A DNA stretch of 63,412 nucleotides, filler included, from Octopus bimaculoides (lineage: Eukaryota), in assembly GCF_001194135.2 (NCBI RefSeq). It is 10 parts of 7 records of this genome, joined end to end, with 100 filler letters (N's around TTAATTAATTAA, not from the genome) between each part and the next. Parts side by side here need not be neighbours in the genome. Positions count along the whole stretch, not along the records: positions 1 to 25,725 come from NC_068981.1; positions 25,826 to 35,163 come from NC_068981.1; 8 more parts are not named here. One strand, given 5' to 3'. The position numbers were made by a program, and so were the translations under genes. This document shows positions 11,520 through 25,855 of this stretch, piece after piece (position 1 is the stretch's first letter; each line of letters starts with the position of its first letter). Below the pieces are notes generated by a model that saw only the letters and a list, made by a program, of their open reading frames with translations, had not been told where the DNA came from and did not search any database.

Positions 11520-12628
11520 NNNNNNNNNNNNNNNNNNNNNNNNNNNNNNNNNNNNNNNNNNNNNNNNNNNNNNNNNNNNNNNNNNNNNNNNNNNNNNNNN
11601 NNNNNNNNNNNNNNNNNNNNNNNNNNNNNNNNNNNNNNNNNNNNNNNNNNNNNNNNNNNNNNNNNNNNNNNNNNNNNNNNNNNNNNNNNNNNNNNNNNNN
11701 NNNNNNNNNNNNNNNNNNNNNNNNNNNNNNNNNNNNNNNNNNNNNNNNNNNNNNNNNNNNNNNNNNNNNNNNNNNNNNNNNNNNNNNNNNNNNNNNNNNN
11801 NNNNNNNNNNNNNNNNNNNNNNNNNNNNNNNNNNNNNNNNNNNNNNNNNNNNNNNNNNNNNNNNNNNNNNNNNNNNNNNNNNNNNNNNNNNNNNNNNNNN
11901 NNNNNNNNNNCGGCGTGGTGTAGGTGAGGTTTTCAAGATTGCACTGACAGTGGTGGTTTAGGTGTTGTGACTAGTTGGCGAAATATTTGCGACCCCGTTG
12001 TGCCTTCAGATAAAAAATTGGATGTTGCAGTTCTTGGTCTTTCTTTTGTCTTCTATACACCGTAAATAAAAGACCCCTAGAATCTTCTTATTTCATTACA
12101 CGATGCAGTTGACGAATTGGAAAGGCCTGTGGCATAGGGGAAAGTGTACGTATGCGTTCGCCAATTTCTGTTTCAGGAAGCTGTGTAGCAGGACAAGTTT
12201 TCAGTATAGTGGTTGTGTCAACTCTTCTGATCTCTGGTTTCTGCTGATGTTACTGCCGCTACTGTTGGTTTTCATGATGAATATTATTATAGTGAGTGTA
12301 GTTAGTGCAAAAGCCGTCCCAGTCTCTCGTCCATCAAACTTTTATTGGTCTGGTGCAACAAGTGGCACAAACCCAGTAATGATCAGGATGCAGAATTTGT
12401 CTCGAGTTACCTTCTCTTTGATGAACAGCTAAAGAGTCGAAGGGCTCCAGCACCAACACTTTTTTCTTTCTATCCTATTGGCAATAGAGAAGCATGCGAT
12501 GGGGACAGGAAGACGAATCTGCCGGTAGTTTTCAGCTTTGACCCTGCACACAGGAGGCTATACGGCGGGATGATCGTTATGAAACTGTATCTTATTGAAC
12601 CCATATATATATACTTATAAACATGCGT

Positions 12629-12669
<41 letters not shown>

Positions 12670-14457
12670 CATTCATATATACATATATTTACACACACAC
12701 ACATACTTATGTATACGTATTACCGTTCTGCTACTGTTACATTCATCACTGAAATGGAGAATATGCCATGGTTTCCTTAATTGCTTTGGCTGTTTATGTC
12801 AACTCAAGTAGATATAAAGCTTTACTCAAAAGGACATCTAAGATGTGACATCTACAGAGAAAAAGAGGCAGCGAGAGAGAGAGGGGGGAGGGAGAGAGTA
12901 AGAGAGAGAGAAAGAGAGAGAGAGGGAGAGAGAGAGAGAGAGGGAAAGGGAGAGAGAGAGAGAGGGAGAGGGAGAGAGAGAGAGAGATGACAGCACTAGA
13001 ACTAGCTTTGTAATAATTTCTGTTGATACATATTTCCCGAAATACTGTCCAAGTACAAGGACATTTAAATGGAAAGAAGCGGTATTTTCTTGAGTCGAGC
13101 GTCCTATAGTGTCTCTGCATAGCTGCCAGACCTGATATAATCCCTCGGCAAAGGCCGGATCCTACATATCAATGATTGACTACCACAATTAATATCTTAC
13201 TAAGGAAATCAAAGCTCAAGCTTGCCAATGAATCCATGTTAAAGACATGTCCAAAATAATTGCAAACCTGAAGGAGATATACTAGTTCCAAATTTTCTCT
13301 GAGCAGAGTTCATATCGATGTATAAATCTCAGGACTCTAAGTTAGCTTTATCTGACTCGGTGAATCAAACAATAGGGTTTTTAGCTTCACTGAACCCTCC
13401 TGAATTGCTACCATAGTGGGTGAGTGGCAAATGTACATCAAAGATGTTGCCCTCATTGTTTTTTCATATATATACATACATACATGCATACATACATACA
13501 TATATGCATGCATATATATATATATATAAATATATATNNNNNNNNNNACATGCATACATACATACATATATGCATGCATGTCTTTGGCGATAAAAAGAGA
13601 CACATCTGATGATGAAAAAATGTTTTCGTGCCTCATAGAAGCCACAATTACAACGGTTTAACGGTTTGTGACAAACATCATAATTTCATTTGAAGAATTC
13701 CTTGATCAATTTAACATCATATTTTATTTCGCCTAGTCTATTGTATACTATATTATAATATTCCTGAGCTGGTAACAACAGAAATGTGTTGTTCTGAGCT
13801 TGTAACATAAAACGTGTTTTGTACGAATTTAACGTATACTGTATGCGAAAAATTGTTGCAATGAAAATTGTGAAAAGTTACTAATTAGAAATATAATTCG
13901 TTTATAGTAATTATATCAATTAGTACAATATTTCTTTTAAAAATTTCCCAAGAAATGTCAAAGAGTGTACGAGAATTTTTTTTTTTTATTCGATAATTTA
14001 TGTTCTGTGTAAGTTTTACGTCATATTTTTTTAATAGTTTTTCCGATCGTTGATATTTTTTGTTCATTCTGATGAAAATCCAAGATATTTCAATTTGCTA
14101 CGATGCAAAAGGAAATAAAGAGAATCTATTTACATTCTGGGTCAAAATTTTTTTTTAAATGTTTTCTTTTGGAAGAAATAAATTTAAAATATTGTGATTT
14201 TGTCTAGTATATACACATGTGTGTGTATATGTGTATACGCACAAAGATACATGTATGAATACATATGCGTGAGAATGTATGTATATATGTATACATGCAA
14301 GATAGAGTCATGAACACGTACTATAATAATTACTATATACAAAATGCGATATCATAACCAGATAAATTCAGATTCAAAACGAGTTTACGTGCAAATATAC
14401 GTGTGAATATGTCTGTGTGTAGGTGTGAGTATACTTGTATGTGGGTGGGTGATCGTA

Positions 14458-14541
<84 letters not shown>

Positions 14542-14837
14542 TTTATGTGTTTTGTGTGTGGGTGTGTACTCGTATGTGTATGCCAGGGATTGTGTAGTAA
14601 CTTTTGGTGGAAAAATTTTACGGTGAAATTTAGAAGGTCGTAGATAAAATACATACTTAGGAAAAACTGCAGATTCTAGCATTCAAACACTACACATGCA
14701 TTTAGTAAGTTGTATTGATAATTTTGTTTTCATTATATAGCTGCTTACCTTGCGAACTTAGAATTTATTTTAGTTATGTGGTACTATTGCAAATTAGCTG
14801 ATAGTTCATACACTATCTCAATACACTTCATATTTAC

Positions 14838-15207
14838 TACGCCTGGCGAAATGCTTAGCGGTATTTCGTCTGCCACTGCGTTCTGAGTTCAAATTCCGCC
14901 GAGGTCGACTTTGCCTTTCATCCTTTTGGGGGTCGATAAATTAAGTACCAGTTACGTACTGGGGTCGATATAATCGACTTGATCCGTTTGTCTGTCCTTG
15001 TTTGTCCCCTCTGTGTGTAGCCCCTTGTGGGCAGTAAAGAAATAGGTATTTCGTCTGCCGTTACGTTCTGAGTTCAAATTCTGCCGAGGTCGACTTTGCC
15101 TTTCATCCTTTTGGGGTCGATAAATTGAGTACGAGTTACGCATCGGGGTCGATCTAATCGACTGGCCTCATTCCCTCCACAAAAATTTCGAGCTTTGTGC
15201 CTAGAGT
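14838..15207 (+). mobile_element. Two head-to-tail SINE family A copies with different 3' tails
   Basis: GGTATTTCGTCTGCC...GAGTTCAAATTC.GCCGAGGTCGACTTTGCCTTTCATCC occurs twice. Tail 1 is GATCCGTTTGTCTGTCC...GGGCAGTAAAGAAA; tail 2 is AAATTTCGAGCTTTGTGCCTAGAGTAGAGAGGA. Confidence 0.9.
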
Positions 15208-17340
15208 AGAGAGGAATATTTATATATTACCTGAGCAAACAGAACTACATCTCATAATGCAAGGAAACGGTTGTTTGATTAAGTACCTGCAAGTCTGGAT
15301 AACTACGTTGCGTGTAGTGATTGAAGATTAATGTCAACACGTTCTCCTTATTGACTCCAATTTTTTTTCATTTTTCTATTCACATATGACCGAAGCCTAA
15401 GAAAAGACCTGGAAGTACGTATATTTCTACTACTGGATAGTACAAGGTGAAATTTGAAGGTAGACTAGCTTTATACTGTACTATGTACTTAACAGAGTAT
15501 TATATATATTTACTTCGAGAAAAAAGCTGTACACGACATGTCTTTTACTATGGTAATTAAAGAGGTCTTTTGAATAAAAACCAAAAACTCTCTAACACCT
15601 AGAGTTGGTTACTGAGTTTGGATGTTGGGAATATATGCATTCTTTGGAGGCATATAATTAATCAATGCGTTAGACTTGTACACTAATCTACGTGTTAATC
15701 ATATGCAGAAACACAATTATATATTTTTCTTCTTTATTTTTGTACACTTTCTTTCTCCTTGTCACTATTTACTAACAGTCTCTACCACAGCTTCTTCCCA
15801 CGAATATGTGTAACTGTATTTATTGTGTTAACCTTCAAGTAGAAATGAATATTTATGAAGATGTATATGATAAGAGCATTAATATGTCATCTTAAAATTT
15901 CTTCTAGTTTGATTTATTTGCTCATAAATTTCAAAGGTGAACGTCTTATGCTAATTTGTATGATTACCAATTTTGAATGACTGCGAATAATTCTTAAGCT
16001 AAGATAAAGATTTTAATCTTTTATACTATTAAGGTGGCATTTTTAATTGTTCGTTTTCATCTATTTCTTCTGTGAACAATGAAATAATACAAATAAAGGG
16101 AAAATACTTCACCTGTAACAGTGATTAAATTAAATCAGAATCGAAATGCGTGGGTGAATCTATAAAGTTAGAGAGACTAGCTCCAAGTCTTTGGTTGAAT
16201 CATTCTACGTTCTGAATCCAAATTCTGCTAGGGGTGGTATTACCGTTGATACTTCCACGATCGATAATATAAGCGCTTGCCAAATATTAGCATCGATTTA
16301 ATCGACTATACTTTACTTTCCTAAAAAAAAAAAACGCATAAACTTGTGTTTCTAAGAGATCACAGTATAGAATCACGTATTTTACTTCTACCATAAAAAT
16401 TTTAATCATTTGAATTTAAGTCAACAGAAGCTGATGAATTCAATTTAAATACGTGTGTGTATGTGTACGTACTTGTGTGTGTGTGTGCGTGAGTGTGTGG
16501 AGGTGTGTGTATCAGTGTGTTATATGTTCTTTAGTTGTCATGAAAGAGTGGGATTGCAGAACAACAGAATAGAAAGATGGGCGGTACCAATAGCTCATTA
16601 CTTTAAGAAACGATAGCAAGATTTTTTGTCTTTTTTTTTTTTTTTGTACATTTGCTGAATATTCGAGTTTAGAAAGAGCAATGTTCAGTTTCTATGGATA
16701 TAACTTGAATAAAATTATATCTCATTGACGAAGAACAAAAAAACAAATCTACACATATCCAGAGATTCTTTTCGTCTTTCACGGAAAGTGAAAAAACAAT
16801 ATTAGTCAATTATTGATATTGTTCCCTATGGAAATTTTTATTTTTCATTAGTATTTCACTGTTCTCTGTATCAAATATGTTGTCCCTCTCTTACCTATGG
16901 TAATAAATGATAGTAATAATTCAGCATGCACAAACGTAGAAAACCCAGCACAAAGCAAAGCTAACGTCAGAAATAAAGCACACACAATCTAACGTGAAAT
17001 ATTGCCTGTGCTTACGTACAAGTGAGTGACTGTGTATATCAGCGTGTTAGTTCGTTTGCGTGAGGTACAATGTTTCATATGGTAGATTGTACACAAAGGT
17101 TGATAATACACAGATGTGGTAAATGTTTTAATGTACATAGGTGCACATTTACACTTGAATGTGAAACACTGACAGAGTTAATATTCAATTACGTTTCTGC
17201 ACAGTTTATGGTCAAATCCCACATTCGAGGCTGTCATCAATTTACTTCTCCGTAGAACGCTATATTCAATTAAAGCCAATTAGAGGAGAGGATTAATTCG
17301 ACTAATATGTATATATATATAAATTTATATAAATAAATAT

Positions 17341-17376
<36 letters not shown>

Positions 17377-17828
17377 NNNNNNNNNNNNNNNNNNNNNNNN
17401 NNNNNNNTATATATACACATACATGCATATATACGCACACTCACACACCCTCACACACACACACTCACACACACACACTCACACACACACTCACACACAC
17501 ACTCACACACACACTCACCCACACACGCACGCACACTCACACGCATATACATATATATATAAGGGTACATCAGTCTTTTGGGTCATTTGTATGTAAAAAT
17601 AAAAAGAAAAGTTATATGAAAACAAATTGCTACGAATAATTTTAAAATATTGAGTCAGTTTATTACTCCTATTGAATGAATCCGCCATTTGCATCAATGG
17701 CTGTTTCAATGCAGAGTGGGCAGTGTTGACATGCCCGAATCACATGATCTTCAATTTTGGACATAGTGTAGGTTATGGCGGACTTGAGGAATTGTACCTT
17801 GCTATGGGGGTGTTGATCTATCTATCTA

Positions 17829-17920
<92 letters not shown>

Positions 17921-18559
17921 ACTCATCCTTGCTTGGGTTGTGCTAGCCTTAAGACACACACAGGGGTGTACAAATCAGTAGTCTTCATCATATAAATTGA
18001 TTTAACGTTCCCGGTTTTGATTGCCGAGATATATTAAATTACTACAAGCATTCGTGATTTACCGTTCATTGAAAATCATGTAAGGTATGAACCCCGCCAA
18101 GATAACTTGTCATTGAATCACAACATCAAGACTTATTGATCATTAATGTCAGATAATTCAATAACTCTGAGGGAATTTCTTCTCAACCAGATAAATAACA
18201 CACATTGACAAATACACTGTTAAACTCATCGACTGGATCGGTGATCCAGAGACTGTTTGTCATATCAAACGCATACCTGAAAGTCCCACAGAATTTTTCC
18301 AAGGACTATGGAATAAGCAAGCGTTCATTGATTTGTAATTCTTTCATTGAAAAATCATTGCTAAATGAGAACTTGGACGAATGATGGTTATTATAGAGCA
18401 GAAATAGAGGATTGTTTGAGTAGATAAAGGTATACCAAATTCTCTTTGTTCGATTTGTACTTTTTTGTATAGAAAGGAAAGGAAAACATAATATTCCATC
18501 CAAAAATAAAAGTATTTTAATAAATCAAAAAATATCAAGTAGATTATGTCTGGGAGATA

Positions 18560-18830
18560 ACACTTTACTGAAAGTATTCACCCTAACTTCTTCCACGACG
18601 TCAAGGTGGTTCTGGAATCTGGCGCATGTGTTCCTTACAAAGTCCCCGGTAACGTCTTCTAACACCTCCTCGATTTTGGCCGCCAACTGTGCCCCACATT
18701 TAGTAATCCATAGGATTACATACTGGGGAATAAGGGGACTAGAAACCGGGGCTGTGAAAGTTATAACAATTCTCCCAACTAAGAGCTTTTGTGTTCAGTC
18801 TGGCTGCATGGCGCCTTGAGGGAATATATA
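18560..18830 (-). mobile_element. Tc1/mariner (maT/DD37D-like) transposase C-terminal relic
   Basis: Frameshifted ...SPYSPVCNPMDY*MWG...LAAKIEEVLED...VRNTCARFQNHLDVVEE resembles the maT SPDCNPMDY motif and C-terminus. Confidence 0.7.
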
Positions 18831-18989
18831 TCTGCTAACAAAAGGCACCACGTAGTGTCTTGTTGAAATTTTTACGTAATTCTTTTGGTACGTAATTATT
18901 AGACAGACATACAGACAGACAGATAGATAGAAAAGTATGTTGTACATATGCAGAAATATATGTATGTATACATTCATGTGGTGTGGTGT

Positions 18990-19085
<96 letters not shown>

Positions 19086-22000
19086 TGTCTGTCTGTCTTT
19101 CTGTCTGTTTGTGTGCCTGAGTGTATGTGTCTGAGTGTATGTGTATGTGTATGTGTGTGTATGCGAGCTGAAGACGTTTAAATTCGTGGCTGAAATTTGT
19201 AAGAGTATGAACGTTGGTAATGGTTATGTTGTTTCCATCCTACATAAGAGAATGTGTGCAACGTACTTTAATATTATTTGACTGAACTATGATGTGCAGT
19301 AACATTTGTTTAGCTACTTCATTAAGTGAAGTGATTGATTGTTTGTATGCCTAGTGGAGCCATAAAATCCAATATTTTAAATTAAGTCAATACTTTTACA
19401 ATGTAAATATTTTAACTGAGGCGGTGGTTTGAAAGATCTCTTAGAGAGAGGCAAAATAGCATGCAATCCTTTACTTTTCAATTGAAATCTTATCAGCGGC
19501 AATTTTCATTTTGATCCTTTTTGTATCAGTCAAGTTTCGGAGATAATATAACCAGTCAGCTAAGTCCACCGAATAACTTACGCGTTAATGTGTTTAATAT
19601 GGTAAGCATATTATAAGTAAGTCACCGCAAGATATATTTCTTTCGGGCTCCCTCACATTTTCGATGTTACGCAAAAGAGTTTAATTGGAGTATTGGCCAG
19701 TTCAATACCTACAATGACTACTTGTTTCATCGCAGGCTGAAGTTTAATGATTTCCATCCATAACAGAACACGTAGTCAGTGTCAGATTTTCAGTTTTATC
19801 AATAGCCAGTGTAATGTATGTGTGTTTGCGTGTTAACATGTATATATATATATATATATATATATNNNNNNNNNNNNNNNNNNNNNNNNNNNNNNNNNNN
19901 NNNNNNNNNNNNNNNNNNNNNNNNNNNNNNNNNNNNNNNNNNNNNNNNNNNNNNNNNNNNNNNNNNNNNNNNNNNNNNNNNNNNNNNNNNNNNNNNNNNN
20001 NNNNNNNNNNNNNNNNNNNNNNNNNNNNNNNNNNNNNNNNNNNNNNNNNNNNNNNNNNNNNNNNNNNNNNNNNNNNNNNNNNNNNNNNNNNNNNNNNNNN
20101 NNNNNNNNNNNNNNNNNNNNNNNNNNNNNNNNNNNNNNNNNNNNNNNNNNNNNNNNNNNNNNNNNNNNNNNNNNNNNNNNNNNNNNNNNNNNNNNNNNNN
20201 NNNNNNNNNNNNNNNNNNNNNNNNNNNNNNNNNNNNNNNNNNNNNNNNNNNNNNNNNNNNNNNNNNNNNNNNNNNNNNNNNNNNNNNNNNNNNNNNNNNN
20301 NNNNNNNNNNNNNNNNNNNNNNNNNNNNNNNNNNNNNATATATATGTATACATATATGTGTGTATATATATGTGTATATTTAATAAACCTACAAGACTTG
20401 GTGAAAGCGCTAATTTATAATTTTGCTTTTGTTGAAATATGTGAACGGGATATACAATGAAAATGTGTGTTACTGAAAGTTCTTGATCTCCTAAAATAAT
20501 TTGAATTTATAAAAGAGATAAATATTTTCTATAAAAAAATGAATTGAAAATATCATAAAGGTGTTCCTGTACATTTCTGTAATTGCACGTCAGCTATATT
20601 CTTGTTTATATAAATATTTTTTGTATAAAAATTGTGACTTTTCACAATTAGATCTGAGCAGTAATGGCAGAAAATAATGATTACATCTAATTAAGCAGTT
20701 TTGGGTTGCATCAGTATATTCGATTTGAAAATTTAATATAATTTGCTCTAAAAGACATAATTAGTTGAGCTAAAAGTAACGGAAAAAGATCAATATGTTT
20801 AGAAAAAGTAGCAAGTTTTCATTGTTTTAAATTGACTTTTCGTATATTCCTTATATTGAAATTGTAATTAAAAATAACCAAGTAAAATGAAACCAGGGAG
20901 ATATATTTTTCTTAAGCTGCATTGTTTTACAGAAGAAATGTATTTGTGGTACAGCAAATAGAAATTGTCAGGTGACGGAGTTTCAGTTTTTACTCACTGA
21001 AATATAATACATAAAGCTATTATAATCATGAGCAGTGTTTTTCCCACATTAGAAATAAATACATAATCATCAGTCATGAAAAATAACTCAGTCTAATGAG
21101 AGGAGGTGGGTTCCATAAAAAAAAAAGTAAACACTTTCCAAACGTTTTGCAGAAAGGTGTGGATGGCAAACATTTGATTTTTTCTTTCGTTAAAAGGCAT
21201 TAAATTTGTAAATAATCAAATATAATGCATGCTGCTAAAGAATCATGAGGTCAAAGCTTATGACAACTGCACTGGAGATCACAAATTGCAATGGTCGAAT
21301 ACAAAATTACAAAGATGAAAACGATTAGTTGAGGTAAATGCTCAACTACTGAAATAGTGGAAAATAGTTGAGAATATTGATGAAAGAATAACTTCTAGTA
21401 AGATAAGTTTCCGCATAATTCTGAAATGTTTGAAGTAAATTTATCTTTCAATCATAAAGAATACCGCTTTACGTTTCATCTTTTAATGCCTAAATCTATG
21501 TCATAGGTTCGCAGTAGATGCTTAGTCATGATGAACATGACTATTGAAGGAAACAAAATAAGATATTAAGTATATTTCAACTCAAAGATCTTTAAAACCC
21601 ACCCCAATAGCGATGCTAATTTTCTTGAACATCACCAAAAACAAAAGGAATATATACATATCACAGAAACACTAAAGAACACCGAATCTTTACTCCTGGA
21701 TAACTAAACTGTAACTTGTACGTATGTTGCAAATGATACATGACAAATAAATCACGGTCAGCATACATTTATTATAACCAAATCTGCATATAAACATCTA
21801 GCAAAACGGCATGACGCTTTACGGGGTAATTTTCATTCAATAAACACATTAATTCCGATGACATTGGCAAAATATATCTCTCTGTTGTCACTTACACCGT
21901 TAATAATTGGTTTCGTCTTCATGTTTTCCAGTGAGCCTGTTGAAGCCCGTGTTGCAAGTTTACTACATTGTCTATACCGATGCTGTATTGCTTGTAAAAT

Positions 22001-22395
22001 CAATGATATTTCCTATCCTCTCCAAATTGAAATGTAAAACAAATTGTGATAAAAACACTCCAATTATGTCTCTAGCGCAACATGGGTTCTGGTTAAAGCT
22101 ATGAAATTTAATCACTTTGGTTAAGAGATAAGCACGCATATGAATAGATTACACTACTGTAACATTGAATTAGTAATCGGATTACCGAGCAACTGAATGA
22201 GCTACGGCTGTATGAGTGTGTTGTGTGTGTATGTATGTTTATATAAACAGGTATTATAAGGATAACAAATATCAGCATAGATATTATACTCCTGTTATTA
22301 TTAATCTGGAGAAGAGAAACATAGGGATAAGTGAGTGTTTTGATTTAATGACACAGTTCTGACTTTGACTAACTTTCTTACTAAAGCTAAATATC

Positions 22396-22600
22396 AGTTT
22401 CAAATTCGGCACAAGGCAAGCAATTTTATAGGAGGGGTAAGTCGATTACATCGACCCAAACGTTCAACTGGCTCCTATTTTATCAACCGCAAAATGTTAA
22501 AAGCAGTCCTCAGCGGAATTTGAACTCAGGGCATAAAAACGGACGAAATGCCGCTAAGCATTTGCCCGGCGTGCTAACAATTCTGCCTGCTTATCGCCTT
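22396..22600 (-). mobile_element. SINE family A
   Basis: TTTCAAATTCGGCACAAGG...GTCGATTACATCGACCC...GGAATTTGAACTCAG...CCCGGCGTGCTAAC. Confidence 0.85.
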
Positions 22601-23253
22601 ATTACATGAAAATATTAATATTTATCTCTTTCATAGCAGAACATTTTAAATTGCTATTTATGCATAGGTATCAACTACGAGTATATATCTCTATTTAAGT
22701 GAATTTCCGAATAGCAATGAGGAAGATCAACATGGCGAATTAAGGTGGATACATAATTAAAGATTTAAGTGTATATTTTCTTTTGATATGCATTTTATAT
22801 TCTATATATTTCTATTAGATGTGTAATTTGCGTAAATGTTATCATTTATACGTCTGTGCTTCTTTTCTTCTTCTTCATGCTTGTTAGTATATATTTTTGC
22901 CCGTATGAACCTTTAGAGAAGATTATAGTGTATTAACATAGTGATTAGAAATTATATTTTATAGTTACTCGAGATATGCAGTTTTTTCCAGTGCTATATA
23001 TTTGCATTTTAAGTATATTGATATATAACATTGTAATTGATAAATATCACTATGTCTTACATTGTTAAATATGGACGACAATATGTTATAATATTAGTAA
23101 ACTATTTTGCTCCCGTTCAATTTAGGCCACAAGAAAGAAAATGAAGCAGCAGTATATACAAGTATGCTCTTCTCGCAAAGTCCTCTATATACTTTTATTC
23201 AATATATATGAGTGAGCGTGTGAGAGAGAAAGTGAATGAGAGAAAGTGTGTGT

Positions 23254-23366
<113 letters not shown>

Positions 23367-24718
23367 TGTGTGCGCGACTGTGTGTAGGTTAGCGTGTGTC
23401 TGTGAGAAGGACATGGCAAAATCATTCGTGTCGGCAACAATGCTTTGAGTTATTTCGTTGTGGCTGACTGTGTTTCCAGACGGTCGCGTTCAACTATGGC
23501 AATTCCTCCTTCCTAAGTCGATAAAATATTTCCTAGATGAGTATTATGTTCATTCTCAGACCAATCAGTGAAGCTTACTACTCTTTGAGGGATAATTCTG
23601 ATTACCGAAAAGCCTATCAGTTCAACTTATTTCTCCGCACTAGCACGTGCATACACAGAAACGCGCGCGCACACACACAGGGAGAGAGCGAGAGAGAGAG
23701 TGGAAAAATCTACTGTCTACTTTACAACAATCAACAATACAACAAAGCATTATTATTTTAAAATTCATTGGACTTTATGTTGGATTAAAACCACGGTAAT
23801 ATATGTTTGAACCTATATGTCATTATCTGTTCTGTAAACGTCTGCATTCCACCGATTAATAATTAAATTTATAACATATCATTTCCTCAATTATTAACTA
23901 TTAACATGTCTTTATCAACACGGCATAGTTCATTCAAAACGCTCCGAGTGACTGCTTTTGTAATATTTGATTTCCAGCATGTGCACAAATGTACAAATTT
24001 CAGAGAAAGCACACTGCCGATTATATTTATCCTAGTGGTTCACTAGCTTGTATTTGTACTGGAAGCATGTACCCAAATCGAATAGTCTTCATGTGAATTA
24101 AATGTACAGAAAAAGTAACTAAACATTCGTAGCATTTAATCTTCCACACTATATAAATCCACGTGCTTCAATGTTTGAAATATTAAAAAATGAACACAGC
24201 CTTAGCCTAAAGTCTTACATAGAAACAATATCCAACAGATTACTCATATCCGAACCAAGTTAATCTCTTTAGATCAATATTCCCCAAATCTTTAATAAAA
24301 GTTAAAAGCGTTTGGGCTAATGTGCACAAATTGTTATACCCATCCTACCATTTTCTGGAGTTTAATCACTTTTTTTGTTATGCCTTGTTGAAATAATCTG
24401 ATCTCTTATAAGTTAATGCTATTCTTTCTTTTCTAGCTCTGGATATATGTTGCTAAATAAAGATTCGTTTAACGTGTATTTCTCATAATTACCCATCCAG
24501 AAATGGTATTATTTTTGGATGATTAATCCTAATTTATATCCTCGATTATTCACGCAGCCAATCGTATTTCAAACACTTTGTCAATGTTTCTTCTTCACGA
24601 CAGTACGAGTTCGTCTTCTTATTACAAATTAGACGTTCAGACGTTCTTCGCAAATAATTGCTCATGAAATATTTCCTTCGTATTGAAATTATTCTCACAC
24701 TGGTGACTGCCATGTTTC

Positions 24719-24754
<36 letters not shown>

Positions 24755-25095
24755 CGGGGAGAGCGTGACAGCAGGTTGTCCTCAGAGAAGAACACCCCTT
24801 TAGGCAAGTGTTTCGGCCCTTAACTCCTGACACTCTAGGGAAGGGGGGCGGGCCACATACAAGTCAGTCATGATTCCTGGATGTCCACCTGCTGTCCGTT
24901 TTAGTACGCCTTAGGTAGGATTGGTTTCCCAGGTTTCTAGCACTGCTGTGACGTATGCTGCAGCCCTGAGAAGAGCTAACTACCCGTTTCCAGCTGGGCA
25001 CAATGGCGAGCGCTTGGATGACCCAGGTGTGCGGGTTCTACTTTCTCACGGTACCAGAGGGATTCGAACCCGGATAGCCTATACGACTACGCCAA
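24755..25095 (-). mobile_element. Unclassified GC-rich repeat with a B-box (SINE-like, or 3' UTR of the adjacent LINE)
   Basis: GGGTTCGAATCCC on the minus strand at 25059-25071. GC-rich relative to its flanks. Internal 10-bp inverted repeat at 24767-24776/24887-24896. Confidence 0.4.
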
Positions 25096-25108
25096 TCTGG
25101 CACACATT

Positions 25109-25256
25109 TTAAGTTTGGGCATAATAAGCCTTATGAAGTTGGCCCTTGTTCCTCCTAGACCAGATGCAACTTGATGCCTTCTCCGCCGCTTTTCCCATGG
25201 CCTTCAAGGTTCTAGTCCGGCTTCTTCCAGAGATAGATAGCTGTTTCATGATGTTG
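25109..25256 (-). mobile_element. Hero-like (RLE-type) non-LTR retrotransposon C-terminus
   Basis: [35 protein letters not shown]...* resembles the AAEKASxWIWxRR end of Hero/NeSL-group ORFs. Confidence 0.7.
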
Positions 25257-25725
25257 TATGTATATACACACATATATATACCCACATATATATACCCACA
25301 TATATATGTGCACACACACACACACACATATATATATATACACACACACATATATATATACACACATATATATATATACTCATATATATATATATATACA
25401 TATATATGTACATATTCATATATATATACATATATATATACATCATAAATATAAGGGATTAGCAATTGAGTTGCTTCTCCAACATACTGAAAATTCAGAA
25501 ATAGCAGTCAAAGAACTACTGATTCTAAACTACAAATTTTTCTCTAAAACGGATGGCGATATTTATGGCACACATAGAACAAAAACCGGAGGGAAAAGCA
25601 CAAACAAAACAAGCCCTTAGTTAATTGGGTACGAATCGTTTCATGGTTAAGTGAATGAAAATTTCACTATTCCAATCTTCAGCGAACTCGCTAGCCGATG
25701 AATTCGTAAGTGCCTTTCTTATCGT

Positions 25726-25825
25726 NNNNNNNNNNNNNNNNNNNNNNNNNNNNNNNNNNNNNNNNNNNNTTAATTAATTAANNNNNNNNNNNNNNNNNNN
25801 NNNNNNNNNNNNNNNNNNNNNNNNN
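25726..25825. other. Assembly spacer N44-TTAATTAATTAA-N44 (first of 9)
   Basis: The identical 12-mer sits in the middle of ~100-nt gaps at 25770, 35208, 41321, 48742, 50183, 56377, 57621, 60550 and 62238. Confidence 0.95.
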
Positions 25826-25855
25826 ATATATATATATATATATATATATACGTGC

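Noticed and set aside
12990-13440. Possible hAT transposase relic on the minus strand
   Set aside because: Stop-riddled with no diagnostic motif.
17190-17245. TTGATGA...GAAACGTAA on the minus strand
   Set aside because: C3 is missing and stems I-III cannot be formed in register.
17690-17815. Tc1-like WPxxSPDLNPIE remnant
   Set aside because: Similarity (VLTCPNHMIFNFGHSV) too weak to call.
21932-22035. Possible terminal exon (EPVEARVASLLHCLYRCC...)
   Set aside because: Only an acceptor-like site supports it; peptide not recognised.
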